Of a stretch of 64,000 bases of DNA, positions 1-9,752 are shown one piece after another (the first letter of the stretch is position 1; each line of letters opens with the position of its first letter). The notes below the pieces were generated by a model. It was not told the origin of the DNA. It searched no databases and saw nothing but the letters and a program-made list of their open reading frames with translations. The stretch spans positions 1 through 64,000 of the forward strand of contig CAVRDX010000001.1 of NCBI GenBank assembly GCA_963719945.1. The letters are read 5' to 3'. A program made the translations under genes and the position numbers. This DNA comes from an uncultured Thermoplasmata archaeon (GTDB lineage Archaea > Thermoplasmatota > Thermoplasmata > UBA10834).

Positions 1-288
1 CTTCTCCTTGGCCCTCGTGCCTGCGAGATAGCCTGTGAGGTACGCGCCTGGCGAGTTCTTGCCCGAGAGCTTCCATCCCAGCTCGGCCAGCTCGGACGAG
101 ACTGCCGATGCGAGGACGAAGTCGCTCCCGTCCTTGTATTCTATCAACTGTATCATCATGTTCCTGTTAGACTTACGAACGACTGCCCTCGGAACATGGC
201 TCCGGAGCAGCGCCGCCCTCCGCCTGTAATCCGTGCGGCCCTCGCGTCTCCTTCTGAACGGAACTCTGTATCTAGGTCCTGTGGCCAT
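1..288 (-). CDS. rpl18: 50S ribosomal protein L18 (uL18), 3' end outside the window
   Basis: Manual translation MATGPRYRVPFRRRREGRTDYRRR...NSPGAYLTGYLAG; follows rpl19e as in the conserved archaeal operon. Confidence 0.95.
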   Translation of the reverse strand, partial: MATGPRYRVPFRRRREGRTDYRRRAALLRSHVPRAVVRKSNRNMMIQLIEYKDGSDFVLASAVSSELAELGWKLSGKNSPGAYLTGYLAGTRAKEK

Positions 289-293
289 CTTGC

Positions 294-742
294 TCACTCC
301 TTCAATATGCCCTCGGACCTGAGGTGCGAGTCGAGGTGTGGCCTGTTCTTGAACATTCCACCCTTGGCCCTCATGTAGTACTTCCTGTAGGTCCTGGTGT
401 CTATCTTCCCTTCTTCTCTGAGCTCCCTCAACCTGATCCTGATGGGTCGGATGGACTGCATCCAGACCTCCTTCGAGGGCTTCCTCGCGTTCTTCCTGCC
501 ACGCCTGGAACCCTGGCCTTTCCTGCGGCCCTTGGCCTTCTGGGCCTTGATGTGGTTGGTCCTGCCCCTGGAAACGCCCGTCTTCTGCTTCGCGGCCACG
601 GTTCCGGACGCTATGAGCGTCCTGACATGGCCCTGGGCACGGCGTCTGTTGCGTCTTCGGTTCGGTTCGGGTCTATCCAGACCCTGTTCTCACCGCACTT
701 GAGCAGCTCCGAAGCAACCCTCCGCTGATTCTTCAGATCCAT
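294..742 (-). CDS. rpl19e: 50S ribosomal protein L19e, apparent 1-bp frameshift near 620-640
   Basis: N-terminus [25 protein letters not shown] from ATG 742; C-terminal ORF 294..599 has [12 protein letters not shown] and [11 protein letters not shown]; span of 449 nt is not a multiple of 3. Confidence 0.9.
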
Positions 743-744
743 GT

Positions 745-1520
745 TCATCCGCTCCTGTTGAGTACTCTGATCTTGAGCTCGTCGGCCTTCGCTTCTATCT
801 CAATGCGCTTCTTCATGCCGACCTTGTGCGCGACCCTCGCGGCCTCGACCTCGGGGTTGATCTTCTCGAGGTCGCGGACGTTATGGACCATGACCTCTCG
901 GAATCCCGACGGGTGCAGATGCCTCGCGAGCTTCGGGGAGCCGTATCCGATCGACACCACCGGCCGTCTGTATCCGAAGTTCTGCCTCATCTTGGAGTGC
1001 ATACCCATGGCTTCCTCCACTGAACTTCTCGAAGCCTCGGTCTCTTGTGCCACTCCTGTCTGAGGAACTCGGGCCTTCTGGATCGTATCTCCGCGCGCTT
1101 CTTGAGCGCGTCGAGCATCTCCTTCGAGAGCTTGGGCTTGAGCTTGACCTTGTATCCGATGTCCTCATCGTCTCCGATCTTGACGTCCTCTTCATCGTCC
1201 TTGACTTGAGCTGTCCTTCTTCCTCATCGGCTTCCTTGACCTTGCGCGTCTTGGGGGCGGACTTCTCGTCAGCCTCTTCTTCCTCGGCTTCGTCTCCCTC
1301 TTCATCGAGTTCGACACCGAGTTCCTCGCGCCAGTGCTCGATAGTCTTCGGGCCCACGCCCTTGCAGTGCTCGTGTATCTCCGCGACACGGGCATCGTCA
1401 GCGAGCGCTTCGGCCAAATCGTCCATCGTTTCTGTGCCCAAGGCTGCGAGCTTCTCGACGTAACTCCTCCTTGAACATCCTGAGCTTCATGAAATCCTGT
1501 GGATCTTTCTTCTCTGCCAA
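745..1520 (-). CDS. rpl32e: 50S ribosomal protein L32e with N-terminal HhH/acidic extension, several frameshifts
   Basis: C-terminal ORF GMHSKMR...[16 protein letters not shown]...RVLN; upstream pieces [12 protein letters not shown] and HhH-like KGVGPKT; probable TTG start at 1520. Confidence 0.85.
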
Positions 1521-1525
1521 ACCGC

Positions 1526-2070
1526 TCACCTCCCGGGCTTCTCCGTGATGTATATGCCGTCCTGGAATATCCTCGGGTCGAATCCCCTGATCTTGGTGGC
1601 CCGCTCTATGTTCGCGGCGGTCTGTCCGACCTCCTCGATGTCCGAGCCGTTCAGGATCACCTGGTCACCTTTGACCGTGACCTTCGTCTTCCCTAGGATG
1701 CTGGTCTTCCTCGGGCTCTCTCACCGAGGAAGTTCTCGACCACGAACTTGTCCCCCTTCACCGATGCCTTGATCGGGAAGTGGGCGTACACGATCTTCAT
1801 CTTGTACTCGAAGCCCTCCGTGACTCCTTGTATCATATTGCGCATGTGCGCTGCATAGGTACCGACAAGTGCCCTGTCCTTCGCCCTCATGGTCTCGCAC
1901 GAGACGAAGAAGTCCTTCCCCTTCTGCGCGATCGTGATCTTCGGGTTGTAGAGCTTCCTGGAGATCTCCCCCTTCGGCCCCTTGACCTTGACCATGCCGC
2001 TGCTGTCGAGGGTGACCTGGACCTTCTCCGGCACCTTTACCTGCTCCTTCACCAAACCTTCGGAAGTCAT
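1526..2070 (-). CDS. rpl6: 50S ribosomal protein L6, 1-bp frameshift near 1715
   Basis: VKGPKG...YAHFPIK...ENFLGER in one frame, then [27 protein letters not shown] in the next. Confidence 0.92.
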
Positions 2071-2080
2071 CTGTGGCACC

Positions 2081-2470
2081 TCAGTATACATACGCCAGGA
2101 GCTTGCCCCCGACGCCTCCTTTCTTCGCCTCGGAGTGGTTCACGACACCATTGGTGGTCGTTAGTATCAGCACGCCGAAGTCTTGGGCAGGAAGGTATCT
2201 CGCCTCGAACTTCTCGAGATCGGTCGTCTTGACCGAGTACCTTGGTCTGATGACCCCGCAGTTGTTTATCTGACCGGCCAGAGTGACTTTGAACATGCCG
2301 CTCCTTCCGTCCTCCAGCAGCTCGAACTGCTTGATGTATCCGCTCTCCTCCATCACCCGGAGGACGCGTCCGATGAGCTTGGACGACGGCTTGATGTAGC
2401 ATTCTCCCTTGCCGACCTTCTCCGCGTTCTTGATGGTAACCATCGCGTCGTTGAGTGTATCCTGTTGCAT
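2081..2470 (-). CDS. rps8: 30S ribosomal protein S8
   Basis: [10 protein letters not shown]...[14 protein letters not shown]...GGKLLAYVY. Confidence 0.97.
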   Translation of the reverse strand: MQQDTLNDAMVTIKNAEKVGKGECYIKPSSKLIGRVLRVMEESGYIKQFELLEDGRSGMFKVTLAGQINNCGVIRPRYSVKTTDLEKFEARYLPAQDFGVLILTTTNGVVNHSEAKKGGVGGKLLAYVY

Positions 2471-2481
2471 TTCTGGTCACC

Positions 2482-2628
2482 TCATGAGTATTTCCTGAAT
2501 CCGATCTGTGGGGCGATCTCTCTGAAGCACTGCCTGCACAAGTGGAGCCCGTATCTCCTGACGATCCCCCTCTTCCTGCCGCACCTCAGGCACCCTATCT
2601 TTCTGCCAAACTGCTTCTTAGGCTTCAA
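2482..2628 (-). CDS. rps14: 30S ribosomal protein S14 (zinc-binding type)
   Basis: Not in the ORF track (48 aa): [51 protein letters not shown] start. Confidence 0.95.
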   Translation of the reverse strand: MKPKKQFGRKIGCLRCGRKRGIVRRYGLHLCRQCFREIAPQIGFRKYS

Positions 2629-3137
2629 TCGACCACCTCGACGTTGAACTTGGACCTTACAAACTCCTGGCCTTCTTCCTTCGTGATCCTGTGGTCCTTC
2701 GGGATGGATCTCTTCATGACCCTTCTTATCTTCACGCGCCTGCCCGGCCTGCTCAGCGAGATGCAGACATCGAGGCCGAATATCCCTATCTCAGGGTCGT
2801 ACTTCATGCCTGGGAAGTCCGTGTAGTCCTGGATGCCGAAGGAGAAGTTGCCTTCCGGGTCGAATGACCACTTGGCCAGCCTGTTCTCCCTTATCCAGAG
2901 TGCCTTCTTGACGAACTCCTCGGCTTCAGCGCGCCTAAGGGTGACCTTGCACCCTATGTCCTGTCCCTGCCTGATGCCGAGGTCCCTGTTCGTGGTCTTC
3001 GCGATCGTGCGCACGGGCTTCTTCCCGGTGACCATCGCCAGGACCTTCACGGCCTTCAGGAGGCGTTCTCCGGCGTCGCCGACACCGATATTCACAACGG
3101 CCTTTTCCAGCCGTATGTTCCTCATAGCGTCGCTCAT
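2625..3137 (-). CDS. rpl5: 50S ribosomal protein L5
   Basis: [33 protein letters not shown]. Confidence 0.97.
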   Translation of the reverse strand: MSDAMRNIRLEKAVVNIGVGDAGERLLKAVKVLAMVTGKKPVRTIAKTTNRDLGIRQGQDIGCKVTLRRAEAEEFVKKALWIRENRLAKWSFDPEGNFSFGIQDYTDFPGMKYDPEIGIFGLDVCISLSRPGRRVKIRRVMKRSIPKDHRITKEEGQEFVRSKFNVEVVD

Positions 3138-3844
3138 GCCACTTTCGCCTCCAGGAGCTTGATCTCAGGGGTCTTGTCTCCGACGACGAAGACGTTCTCC
3201 TCGATGGTCGTCAGACCCTCCTTGAATGCCACTATGTTCGCAGCGGAACCTCTCTTGACCTGATAGCTGTCGACGGTCTGGAGGGTGCCCGGGTGTGAGC
3301 CTCCTGTGAGCAGCGCGACGCTGCCCTTGTCCAACTTGAACGCCTTCAGGACCTTCTGGGACGGCACCTCTATCTTCAGCACGTCGCCAGTCTTGTACTG
3401 GTCCTTCGGCAGGAGTATGTTCCTCCCGTCGTGGAGCGTCACCTGGGTCTTGCCGCTTTTTACGGTCGTCTTGTTGTCGACCCTCGCGAGCTTCCAACCG
3501 CTCTCGTTCTCGTCAATCGGAGCGAGCTGCAGCCTGCCCTTGTAATCTATCAGCATCCTGTAGCTCAGCTTCGTCTTCTTGATCGTCACCACATCCATCA
3601 GTCCGACCGGGAACTTGTAGTCCGTGACCACGCGTCCATCGACCGCGATGTTCCTGCTGCTCAGTATGAGCTTCGCCTCTCTCGCGTTGTCACATACCTT
3701 CAGCATGTCCCTCAGGACCGTCTCGATGGGTATGCTGTCCATCATTGCGTGCGGTCCCGGCCTCGGCTTCGTGACCCAGTGGCTGGTCTTCCTCGTCACG
3801 GACCAGCTTCGGGGAGCCGTCATCCTCTTCATGTGCTTCTTCAC
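3134..3844 (-). CDS. rps4e: 30S ribosomal protein S4e
   Basis: KHMKRMTAPRSW...PRPGPH, FPVGLMDV, LHDGRNI. Confidence 0.97.
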   Translation of the reverse strand: MKKHMKRMTAPRSWSVTRKTSHWVTKPRPGPHAMMDSIPIETVLRDMLKVCDNAREAKLILSSRNIAVDGRVVTDYKFPVGLMDVVTIKKTKLSYRMLIDYKGRLQLAPIDENESGWKLARVDNKTTVKSGKTQVTLHDGRNILLPKDQYKTGDVLKIEVPSQKVLKAFKLDKGSVALLTGGSHPGTLQTVDSYQVKRGSAANIVAFKEGLTTIEENVFVVGDKTPEIKLLEAKVA

Positions 3845-4224
3845 GCTCTCGCCTCCTTAAGGCTGTCGAGCTTGCGCTTTCTCCACGGATCGGATAGGTC
3901 CAGCTTGGTGATCAACACGTTCGACGGGTCGATCGCCCTCTGTTTCTGTGTGCCGTCAGCCTTCGCGATCGTGATGCTCTCTATGATGATCTTGCATTCA
4001 GTGAGGTCCACGGAGGCGACCTTCGATTCGACGCCCTTCACGCCCTCGGGTCCTCTGACTACTTTGACCGTGTCGCCCTTCTTCACGGTGAGCGAACGCA
4101 CATTGTACTCGTTCATCAGCGCGGAATCCAGATGGGCTGCGACCATGCGCCTCTTCTTGTGCAATGGGGCATTTGCCCTCGCCTTCCTCTGCTTCCTCGC
4201 CTTGGTGCTCTTTGTCATTGTCAT
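3841..4224 (-). CDS. rpl24: 50S ribosomal protein L24
   Basis: ARKQRKARANAPLH, VKKGDTVKVVRG (KOW), IDPSNVLITKLDL. Confidence 0.96.
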   Translation of the reverse strand: MTMTKSTKARKQRKARANAPLHKKRRMVAAHLDSALMNEYNVRSLTVKKGDTVKVVRGPEGVKGVESKVASVDLTECKIIIESITIAKADGTQKQRAIDPSNVLITKLDLSDPWRKRKLDSLKEARA

Positions 4225-4235
4225 TCCTGAACACC

Positions 4236-4634
4236 TCACACTATCATGGACGCCGTCGCTGCGATCCTGGGCCATCTCTCGGCGGCCTCTCTCGCCACGG
4301 GTCCCTTGATATCCGTACCCTTTGTCTCACCAGTCTCGGTCACGATGACCACGGCGTTGTCCTCGAACTGGACCATCGTGCCCTCGGGTCTCCTGAAAGC
4401 CCTCTTCTGGCGGACTATGACTGCCCTCATGACCTGCTTCCTCGTCTCCGGTGTGCCCTTCTTGACCGTCACCACGAGTACTTCGCCAAGGGCGCCTGCC
4501 GGATTTCTCCTCTTCACACCGTGCCAGTTCATAACGGCGATTACCTCGACGATCTTGGCTCCTGTGTTGTCTATGCAGTCGAGCCTCGCCCCGGTCGGTA
4601 TGCCCCTGGTCTGTCTTCCTGGAACTCCTTTCAT
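4236..4634 (-). CDS. rpl14: 50S ribosomal protein L14
   Basis: [33 protein letters not shown]. Confidence 0.97.
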   Translation of the reverse strand: MKGVPGRQTRGIPTGARLDCIDNTGAKIVEVIAVMNWHGVKRRNPAGALGEVLVVTVKKGTPETRKQVMRAVIVRQKRAFRRPEGTMVQFEDNAVVIVTETGETKGTDIKGPVAREAAERWPRIAATASMIV

Positions 4635-4644
4635 CGCGGCCACC

Positions 4645-5004
4645 TCACTTCCTGTTCTCTATTACAACGTATGATACGCGCTTGCTGAGAGGCCTGCATT
4701 CCATGATGCTGACCTTGTCCCCGAGCTTGGCCAACTGGCAGGGCGGAGAATGAGCGAGGTACTTGCTGGTCCTCTTCTCATACCTCTCATACTTGGGCAC
4801 GAATTTCAAATGCTCCCTCTCAACGACTACTGTGCCCTGCATCTTGGCCGAGACGACCGTGCCGCTCAAGACGGTGCCCCTCACCGGGAGCTTTCCGTGG
4901 AACGGACAGTGGATGTCTTCACAGCTCTCCATCGGCGGCACGACGTCCAACCCTATATCGTTCGCCTTGGGCTTGTCGCCCGCCTCTTTTGACTTGTCTG
5001 CCAT
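4645..5004 (-). CDS. rps17: 30S ribosomal protein S17
   Basis: [26 protein letters not shown]. Confidence 0.97.
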   Translation of the reverse strand: MADKSKEAGDKPKANDIGLDVVPPMESCEDIHCPFHGKLPVRGTVLSGTVVSAKMQGTVVVEREHLKFVPKYERYEKRTSKYLAHSPPCQLAKLGDKVSIMECRPLSKRVSYVVIENRK

Positions 5005-5021
5005 CGTACTTCACCTTCGTG

Positions 5022-5285
5022 TCATCGTACTTTCTTGATCCTGTCTTCAGGTCTGAATTTGATGTCCTTGCCGGAGACCTTGAATGCCTGCGAACCCTCC
5101 CTGAAGAGGAACTCGCAGCACTCCTTCGGCACGATCTTCTCGGCCCCTTCGTGCTCTATGACGAATGTGTTCCTCGTCTCGTCCACGACCTTGCCGCGGA
5201 TCTCGAGGTACGAGGCACACGTCGCCTGCACGATCTCTACATCGAGGCCTATCAGTTCGCGCCTTCGGAAGTCACCTGCCTTCAT
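5022..5285 (-). CDS. rnp1: Ribonuclease P protein component 1 (Rpp29)
   Basis: ELIGLDVEI, GKVVDETRNT, RPEDRIKK; conserved operon position. Confidence 0.93.
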   Translation of the reverse strand: MKAGDFRRRELIGLDVEIVQATCASYLEIRGKVVDETRNTFVIEHEGAEKIVPKECCEFLFREGSQAFKVSGKDIKFRPEDRIKKVR

Positions 5286-5292
5286 GCTCGGT

Positions 5293-5592
5293 TTACCTGC
5301 TGTCCACGGAGAAGCCCAGCTCCTCCAAGACATCCTTCACCTTCTTCTTGTGGTCGCCTTGCAGCTCTATCTTCCCGTCCTTGTAGGTCCCTCCGGCGGC
5401 ACACCGTGTCTTGAGCTTTCTCGCGAGGTCTTCCATGTCGATCTCACCCGAGTTTATCCCGACGATCACGGTCATCACCTTTCCGTAGCGCCTAGTGTCC
5501 GTTAAGATTCGTATCTGTTGCTGTTCCTTGGCGATCTGTTCACACATGCACAGTTCTTCAGGCAATCCACAAACCGAGCAAATACCAGCCAT
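5293..5592 (-). CDS. Translation initiation factor SUI1/aIF1
   Basis: CSVCGLPEELC, RRYGKVMT, GGTYKDGKIELQGDH. Confidence 0.95.
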   Translation of the reverse strand: MAGICSVCGLPEELCMCEQIAKEQQQIRILTDTRRYGKVMTVIVGINSGEIDMEDLARKLKTRCAAGGTYKDGKIELQGDHKKKVKDVLEELGFSVDSR

Positions 5593-5915
5593 TACTTCTT
5601 CTCCTCCTTCTCCTGGGCATCATTCTTCTTCTTCTTCTTCGCTGAAGTCGAAGCCTTCTTCGGGGAAGCCCTGGTGGTCTCCTTGGCCTTCGCCTTCGCA
5701 GGAGCGGCCTTCTCGGCCCTCTCCTTCTCGAGCATGATGGTATGCATCCTGGCGACGTTGGTCCTCAGCGCCCTGATCTTACCCGGGCTGGCTGGCGCAC
5801 CACCCATCGCCGCGACGCCACGTTCGTGCATGAGCTCGTCCTTGAGCTCCTGTAGCTTGATGATCCGGTCCTCCGGCCTCATATCCCTGATGTCCTTCGT
5901 CTTGAGAAGTGCCAT
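5592..5915 (-). CDS. rpl29: 50S ribosomal protein L29 with Lys/Ala-rich C-terminal tail
   Basis: MALLKTKDIRDM...GGAPASPGKIRALRTNVAR. Confidence 0.93.
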   Translation of the reverse strand: MALLKTKDIRDMRPEDRIIKLQELKDELMHERGVAAMGGAPASPGKIRALRTNVARMHTIMLEKERAEKAAPAKAKAKETTRASPKKASTSAKKKKKNDAQEKEEKK

Positions 5916-5920
5916 CTATC

Positions 5921-6826
5921 TCACTCCTTCTTCTCCACGGGCGCCTCGACCTTTGGTGCCTCGGGAGCCTCCTTGGCGGGAGCGGGCTCTGCTGCTTCGG
6001 CCTTCTTCTCCTCGACGTCCTTCTTCTTTGGAGCGCGCTTCCTGGGCTTCTTCTCCTCGCCCTCGGCGCCAGCCTCGGTGGCGTCCTTCTTCTTCGGAGA
6101 GCGCCTCTTCGGCTTCTCCTCGTCATCAGCGGCCTTCTTCAGGCCCTTGACCGCCTCGTCGACCTTCTTGTCCTCTTCCTTCGCGGTCTCCTTCGTCTGA
6201 ACCGGGACCTCGGGTTTCGCCTCGACCGGTACCGGCGGTATGATGTCTATCTCATCCGGCAGTCTGGCATTCGGGTCCATTATCCTGACGGTGATACCTA
6301 TCACTCCGGGCTTCAGCTTGGCCACGGCAAATCCGTGGTGCATGAACACCAGCTTGACATGACCGCAGTACTTGATGTGCCCGTCCTTGAACTTCTCAGT
6401 CCTGTGCCTCTGTCCGGTCAACTTGCCGGAGATGATAACCTGGCATCCCCTCGCGCCGGATTCCATGATCCTCCTGACGGTGGAGTGTCCCGCCCGTCTG
6501 AAGTGCCATCCGCGCTCGAGTGCGTTCGCCAGCTTCTCCGCCATGATCTGCGCGTTCAGGTTGGGGTTCTCCACTTCCTGAACCTCGATCTGCGGGTTGC
6601 TGTACTTGAAGTCCTCCTCGATCGCCTTGGTGAGGCTCTTGATCGCCTCTCCCCTGCGGCCGATGACGAGTCCAGGTCTCTCTGTTATGAGCGTGACCCT
6701 GGTGCCCATGGGGGTCCTCTGCACGTCCAATCCTCCGAAGCCGGCCCTGCTCACTCTCTTCTGTACGAACTCTTTTAGCAGGACTCTGCGGACATTCTCA
6801 GTGACGAACTTTCTCTCGCTTGCCAT
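5921..6826 (-). CDS. rps3: 30S ribosomal protein S3 with long charged C-terminal tail
   Basis: KH motif RPGLVIGRRG, LERGWHFRRAG, ISGKLTG. Confidence 0.97.
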   Translation of the reverse strand: MASERKFVTENVRRVLLKEFVQKRVSRAGFGGLDVQRTPMGTRVTLITERPGLVIGRRGEAIKSLTKAIEEDFKYSNPQIEVQEVENPNLNAQIMAEKLANALERGWHFRRAGHSTVRRIMESGARGCQVIISGKLTGQRHRTEKFKDGHIKYCGHVKLVFMHHGFAVAKLKPGVIGITVRIMDPNARLPDEIDIIPPVPVEAKPEVPVQTKETAKEEDKKVDEAVKGLKKAADDEEKPKRRSPKKKDATEAGAEGEEKKPRKRAPKKKDVEEKKAEAAEPAPAKEAPEAPKVEAPVEKKE

Positions 6827-6849
6827 GCAATATCCTCCTTCGAAGGCGA

Positions 6850-7299
6850 CTAGGACGCCTCGACCTCCTCTAGTATAATCTCTATATTGGTAGTCTGCTC
6901 GTTCCAGGGCGTGCTTCTGCCCTGCGCCCTCGGCATGTAGGACTTCTGGATCCTGCCCCTGTGGGCGCAGGCGACCTTGATCCTCATGTTGTCGGCGTCC
7001 AGACCTTTGTACTCCGCGTTCGCCCTGGCGCTCTCAACGACTTCGAGGATCGCCTTGGCGGCATTCACGGGGTACTTGGCCGGGCCCACCCCTGGCTTCG
7101 GGCTGACGTACTTCTTGTATCTCGTGAAGGGAACGGCCACCCTAAGCTCGATGACCCCCTGGAGATACTCCTTCGCCTTCTCCACGGTCATGCCTTTGAG
7201 TTCCTTCAGGACCTCTCTGCAGTTCTTGGGCGAGACGCCCTTCTCCTTGCCGATCGCTTTCGAGGTCTTCTCCGGGTTGGTTTCCTGTGTGTATCCCAT
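6850..7299 (-). CDS. rpl22: 50S ribosomal protein L22
   Basis: VPFTRY, ESARANAEYKGLD, PRAQGRSTP. Confidence 0.96.
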   Translation of the reverse strand: MGYTQETNPEKTSKAIGKEKGVSPKNCREVLKELKGMTVEKAKEYLQGVIELRVAVPFTRYKKYVSPKPGVGPAKYPVNAAKAILEVVESARANAEYKGLDADNMRIKVACAHRGRIQKSYMPRAQGRSTPWNEQTTNIEIILEEVEAS

Positions 7300-7308
7300 G
7301 TAAATCCC

Positions 7309-7929
7309 TCACTTCAGCGGCATGAACTTGGACGATCTCGTGGCACCGACACCAAGACCGCTGTGGTTCACGATCCTCCTGGTAAGAGCGAACTCTCCCA
7401 GGGCATGTCCGATCATCTCGGACTTGATCTCGACCATCTGGAACTCCTTTCCGTTGTACACGTGCACCGTCTTGCCCACGAAGTCCGGGAGTATCGGTAT
7501 CTCCCTCCTATGGGTCCTGATCGGGGCATCGGTCTTCCTGAGCTTGTCGACGAATGTCTGCTGCTCCTCGTTGAGTCCGCGGATGTAAGTCCTACGGGGT
7601 CTCGCGGGCAACAGTTCGATTATATCTGCCAGCGGCATCTTCTGGAGCTCCTCCAGCGAGTATCCGCGGTAAGTGAACTCCTTCTTCCTCCTGGCCTGTA
7701 TCTGGCTCCTCTTCTTCCTGAGCTTTCTCCTGGCGGCTTTGGCTGACCCTACGTGCCTCGCAGAAGGCTTCATCTTCTTCTCAGTCGGGGCTGCTGCCGT
7801 CGTCGCTGGAGTGGCTGCCGCTTTCGTAGCGGCCCCCGCCGCGGCCGGAGCGGCTGCTTTTGCCTTGTCCTGGGCTGGGGCCTTTGCAGTTGCTGGAGCC
7901 TTTGCAGTTGCCTTCTTGTCTTCGGCCAT
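7309..7929 (-). CDS. rps19: 30S ribosomal protein S19 with Ala/Lys/Pro-rich N-terminal extension
   Basis: EFTYRGY, RTHRRE, MIGHALGEFALTR, GATRSSKFMPLK. Confidence 0.95.
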   Translation of the reverse strand: MAEDKKATAKAPATAKAPAQDKAKAAAPAAAGAATKAAATPATTAAAPTEKKMKPSARHVGSAKAARRKLRKKRSQIQARRKKEFTYRGYSLEELQKMPLADIIELLPARPRRTYIRGLNEEQQTFVDKLRKTDAPIRTHRREIPILPDFVGKTVHVYNGKEFQMVEIKSEMIGHALGEFALTRRIVNHSGLGVGATRSSKFMPLK

Positions 7930-7931
7930 GT

Positions 7932-8636
7932 CTACACCTTCCTTACTTTCTTCTGGGGTGCCAATCTACCGACCTTCCTGCCTGGTGGAGTGTTCCTTCC
8001 GACGCTGGATTGTGTACCAACGTGCGGGTGACTGCCACCACCGTGCGGGTGGTCTACAGGGTTCTTGGCCACGCCCTTCACTGAGAAATATGCTTTCGAC
8101 TTCGCGCCGTATGCATGGAACTTCTTTCCCGACTTCGCGAAAGGCTTCTCCTTGTGCCCTCCACCGGATATGAGTCCAACCGTCGCGATACATTTATTGT
8201 CAATCTCCTTGAACTTGCCAGACGGCAACAGGACCACGGTCTTCGCGCCATGGCTGACGACCGTCGCTGCGTTCCCGGCGGTCCTGGCGAGCTTGCCACC
8301 GTCTCCCGGCTGCAGCTCGATGTTGTGCAGCAGCGTACCCTCGGGCATGTCCCCGACGGGCATCGTGTTGCCTGCGGTTATCGCACCCCTTCTTCCGAAG
8401 GTGACCTCCTGGCCGACTTGGATTCCATCCGGCGCCAGCATCCAGTGCTCAGCGCCAGCGTATTCGACCTTGGCCAAAGGTGCGATCCTGCCCGCCTCAT
8501 GCTTGAGCTCGGTGATCGTACCGTTGACAGTCTCCTTCAGCTTCGGGTGCTTCGCATTAGTGAACCTGAGGTGTCTCGGGGACAGATATCTTCCGAACCC
8601 GCGCCCCCTCCTCTGTGTTATCAGTCTCTTTCCCAT
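7932..8636 (-). CDS. rpl2: 50S ribosomal protein L2
   Basis: MGKRLITQRRGRG, NPVDHPHGGG, PPGRKVG. Confidence 0.97.
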   Translation of the reverse strand: MGKRLITQRRGRGFGRYLSPRHLRFTNAKHPKLKETVNGTITELKHEAGRIAPLAKVEYAGAEHWMLAPDGIQVGQEVTFGRRGAITAGNTMPVGDMPEGTLLHNIELQPGDGGKLARTAGNAATVVSHGAKTVVLLPSGKFKEIDNKCIATVGLISGGGHKEKPFAKSGKKFHAYGAKSKAYFSVKGVAKNPVDHPHGGGSHPHVGTQSSVGRNTPPGRKVGRLAPQKKVRKV

Positions 8637-8645
8637 GTGAACACC

Positions 8646-8933
8646 TCAGAATATTCCTATCCTCATGCCGATCTCCTCTGCGGAGTAGCCTTTTTTCAAT
8701 TTGATGATCGCGTGCTTGCCGTCCTTCGATATCTTGATGTTGATCCTATCCACCTTGGCGTCGAAACGCTCCTCGAAGGCCTTCTTGATCTCCGGCCTCC
8801 TTGCGTCCCTTCGGACCACGAATTCCAGCTTGTTGCCGTCCTTTAGGTCCTGGGATGGTGTGCCAGACATCGCGTTCATCGTCTTCTCAGTCACATACGG
8901 ATGGAGCAGTACCGGCTTCCTCACGAGCTCCAC
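8646..8933 (-). CDS. rpl23: 50S ribosomal protein L23
   Basis: HPYVTEKT, NKLEFVV, AEEIGMRIGIF. Confidence 0.95.
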   Translation of the reverse strand: MELVRKPVLLHPYVTEKTMNAMSGTPSQDLKDGNKLEFVVRRDARRPEIKKAFEERFDAKVDRINIKISKDGKHAIIKLKKGYSAEEIGMRIGIF

Positions 8934-9748
8934 CCCCTGATCTCTTCCAGAGCGGCTTCGGACACGACCATCAGCCTGCCTGCATCTCCGCCAGGCGCCA
9001 ATAGCGACGCGTTCAGCGACTTGGGGGTGGCGATATCCACACCCGTCAGGTTCCTAAGGCTCTTGCCTCCTTCGCAGTCCCTCTTCGAGAGTACCACGAG
9101 CAAGCTCTTCGGGGTCCTGTATCTCCTGCCCCTCATCTTGCCCCTGCCTGCGCGGACGCTCTTGCCGTCGACCGCCCTCAGGATATCGTCATAGACACCG
9201 ATCGATTCGAGCGCCTCGACTGCATCCTTCGTGCTCTTCAATGATTCCAGGCCGTCCTTCACGACGACTGGCATCGTCAATTCGTCCTTGAACTGGTGAC
9301 CCCTGGCCTTCACCAGGTCTGCCGAGCTGGTTGCCCCGAGCGCGGAGACCTTGGCCAGGTACATCTCCTTCTTGTTGATCTTCTTGCCCAGGTCCTTATC
9401 GACCTTTGGCGGGTGCGCACGCCTGCCGCCGACGTTGTTCGGCGATTGTGCAGCGGTCGAGCCACCCTTGACCCTCTGGACCCTGGCGACTCCGCGGCCC
9501 TTGCCCCATGTCTCGACTGAGTGGCGGCTGCCGCTCCATCTGCCTGGCCCATAGGGCTGCCTCGCGTTCGCCTCTATGGCGACGACCGCCCTGTGGATCA
9601 CATCGGTCCTCAGCTCGTTCTTGAATATATCGGGCAGATCCTTCTCACCCGAAACCTCACCCTTGAGGTCGTAAACGTTAACCTTGCCGGGAGCGACATG
9701 AGCCTTGGATTCTTCTGCCTTTATTTTCTTCACTTTCTTCTCGGCCAT
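8921..9748 (-). CDS. rpl4: 50S ribosomal protein L4
   Basis: WGKGRGVARVQR, GGRRAHPPK, RAGRGKMRGRRY, LAPGGDAGRL. Confidence 0.97.
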   Translation of the reverse strand: MAEKKVKKIKAEESKAHVAPGKVNVYDLKGEVSGEKDLPDIFKNELRTDVIHRAVVAIEANARQPYGPGRWSGSRHSVETWGKGRGVARVQRVKGGSTAAQSPNNVGGRRAHPPKVDKDLGKKINKKEMYLAKVSALGATSSADLVKARGHQFKDELTMPVVVKDGLESLKSTKDAVEALESIGVYDDILRAVDGKSVRAGRGKMRGRRYRTPKSLLVVLSKRDCEGGKSLRNLTGVDIATPKSLNASLLAPGGDAGRLMVVSEAALEEIRGWSS

Positions 9749-9752
9749 CAAA

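Noticed and set aside
294-2070. Frameshifts in rpl19e, rpl32e and rpl6 as programmed recoding or pseudogenes
   Set aside because: These are essential genes, the indels cluster near the window edge, there are no consistent slippery sites and no other decay. Sequencing or assembly errors are far more likely.
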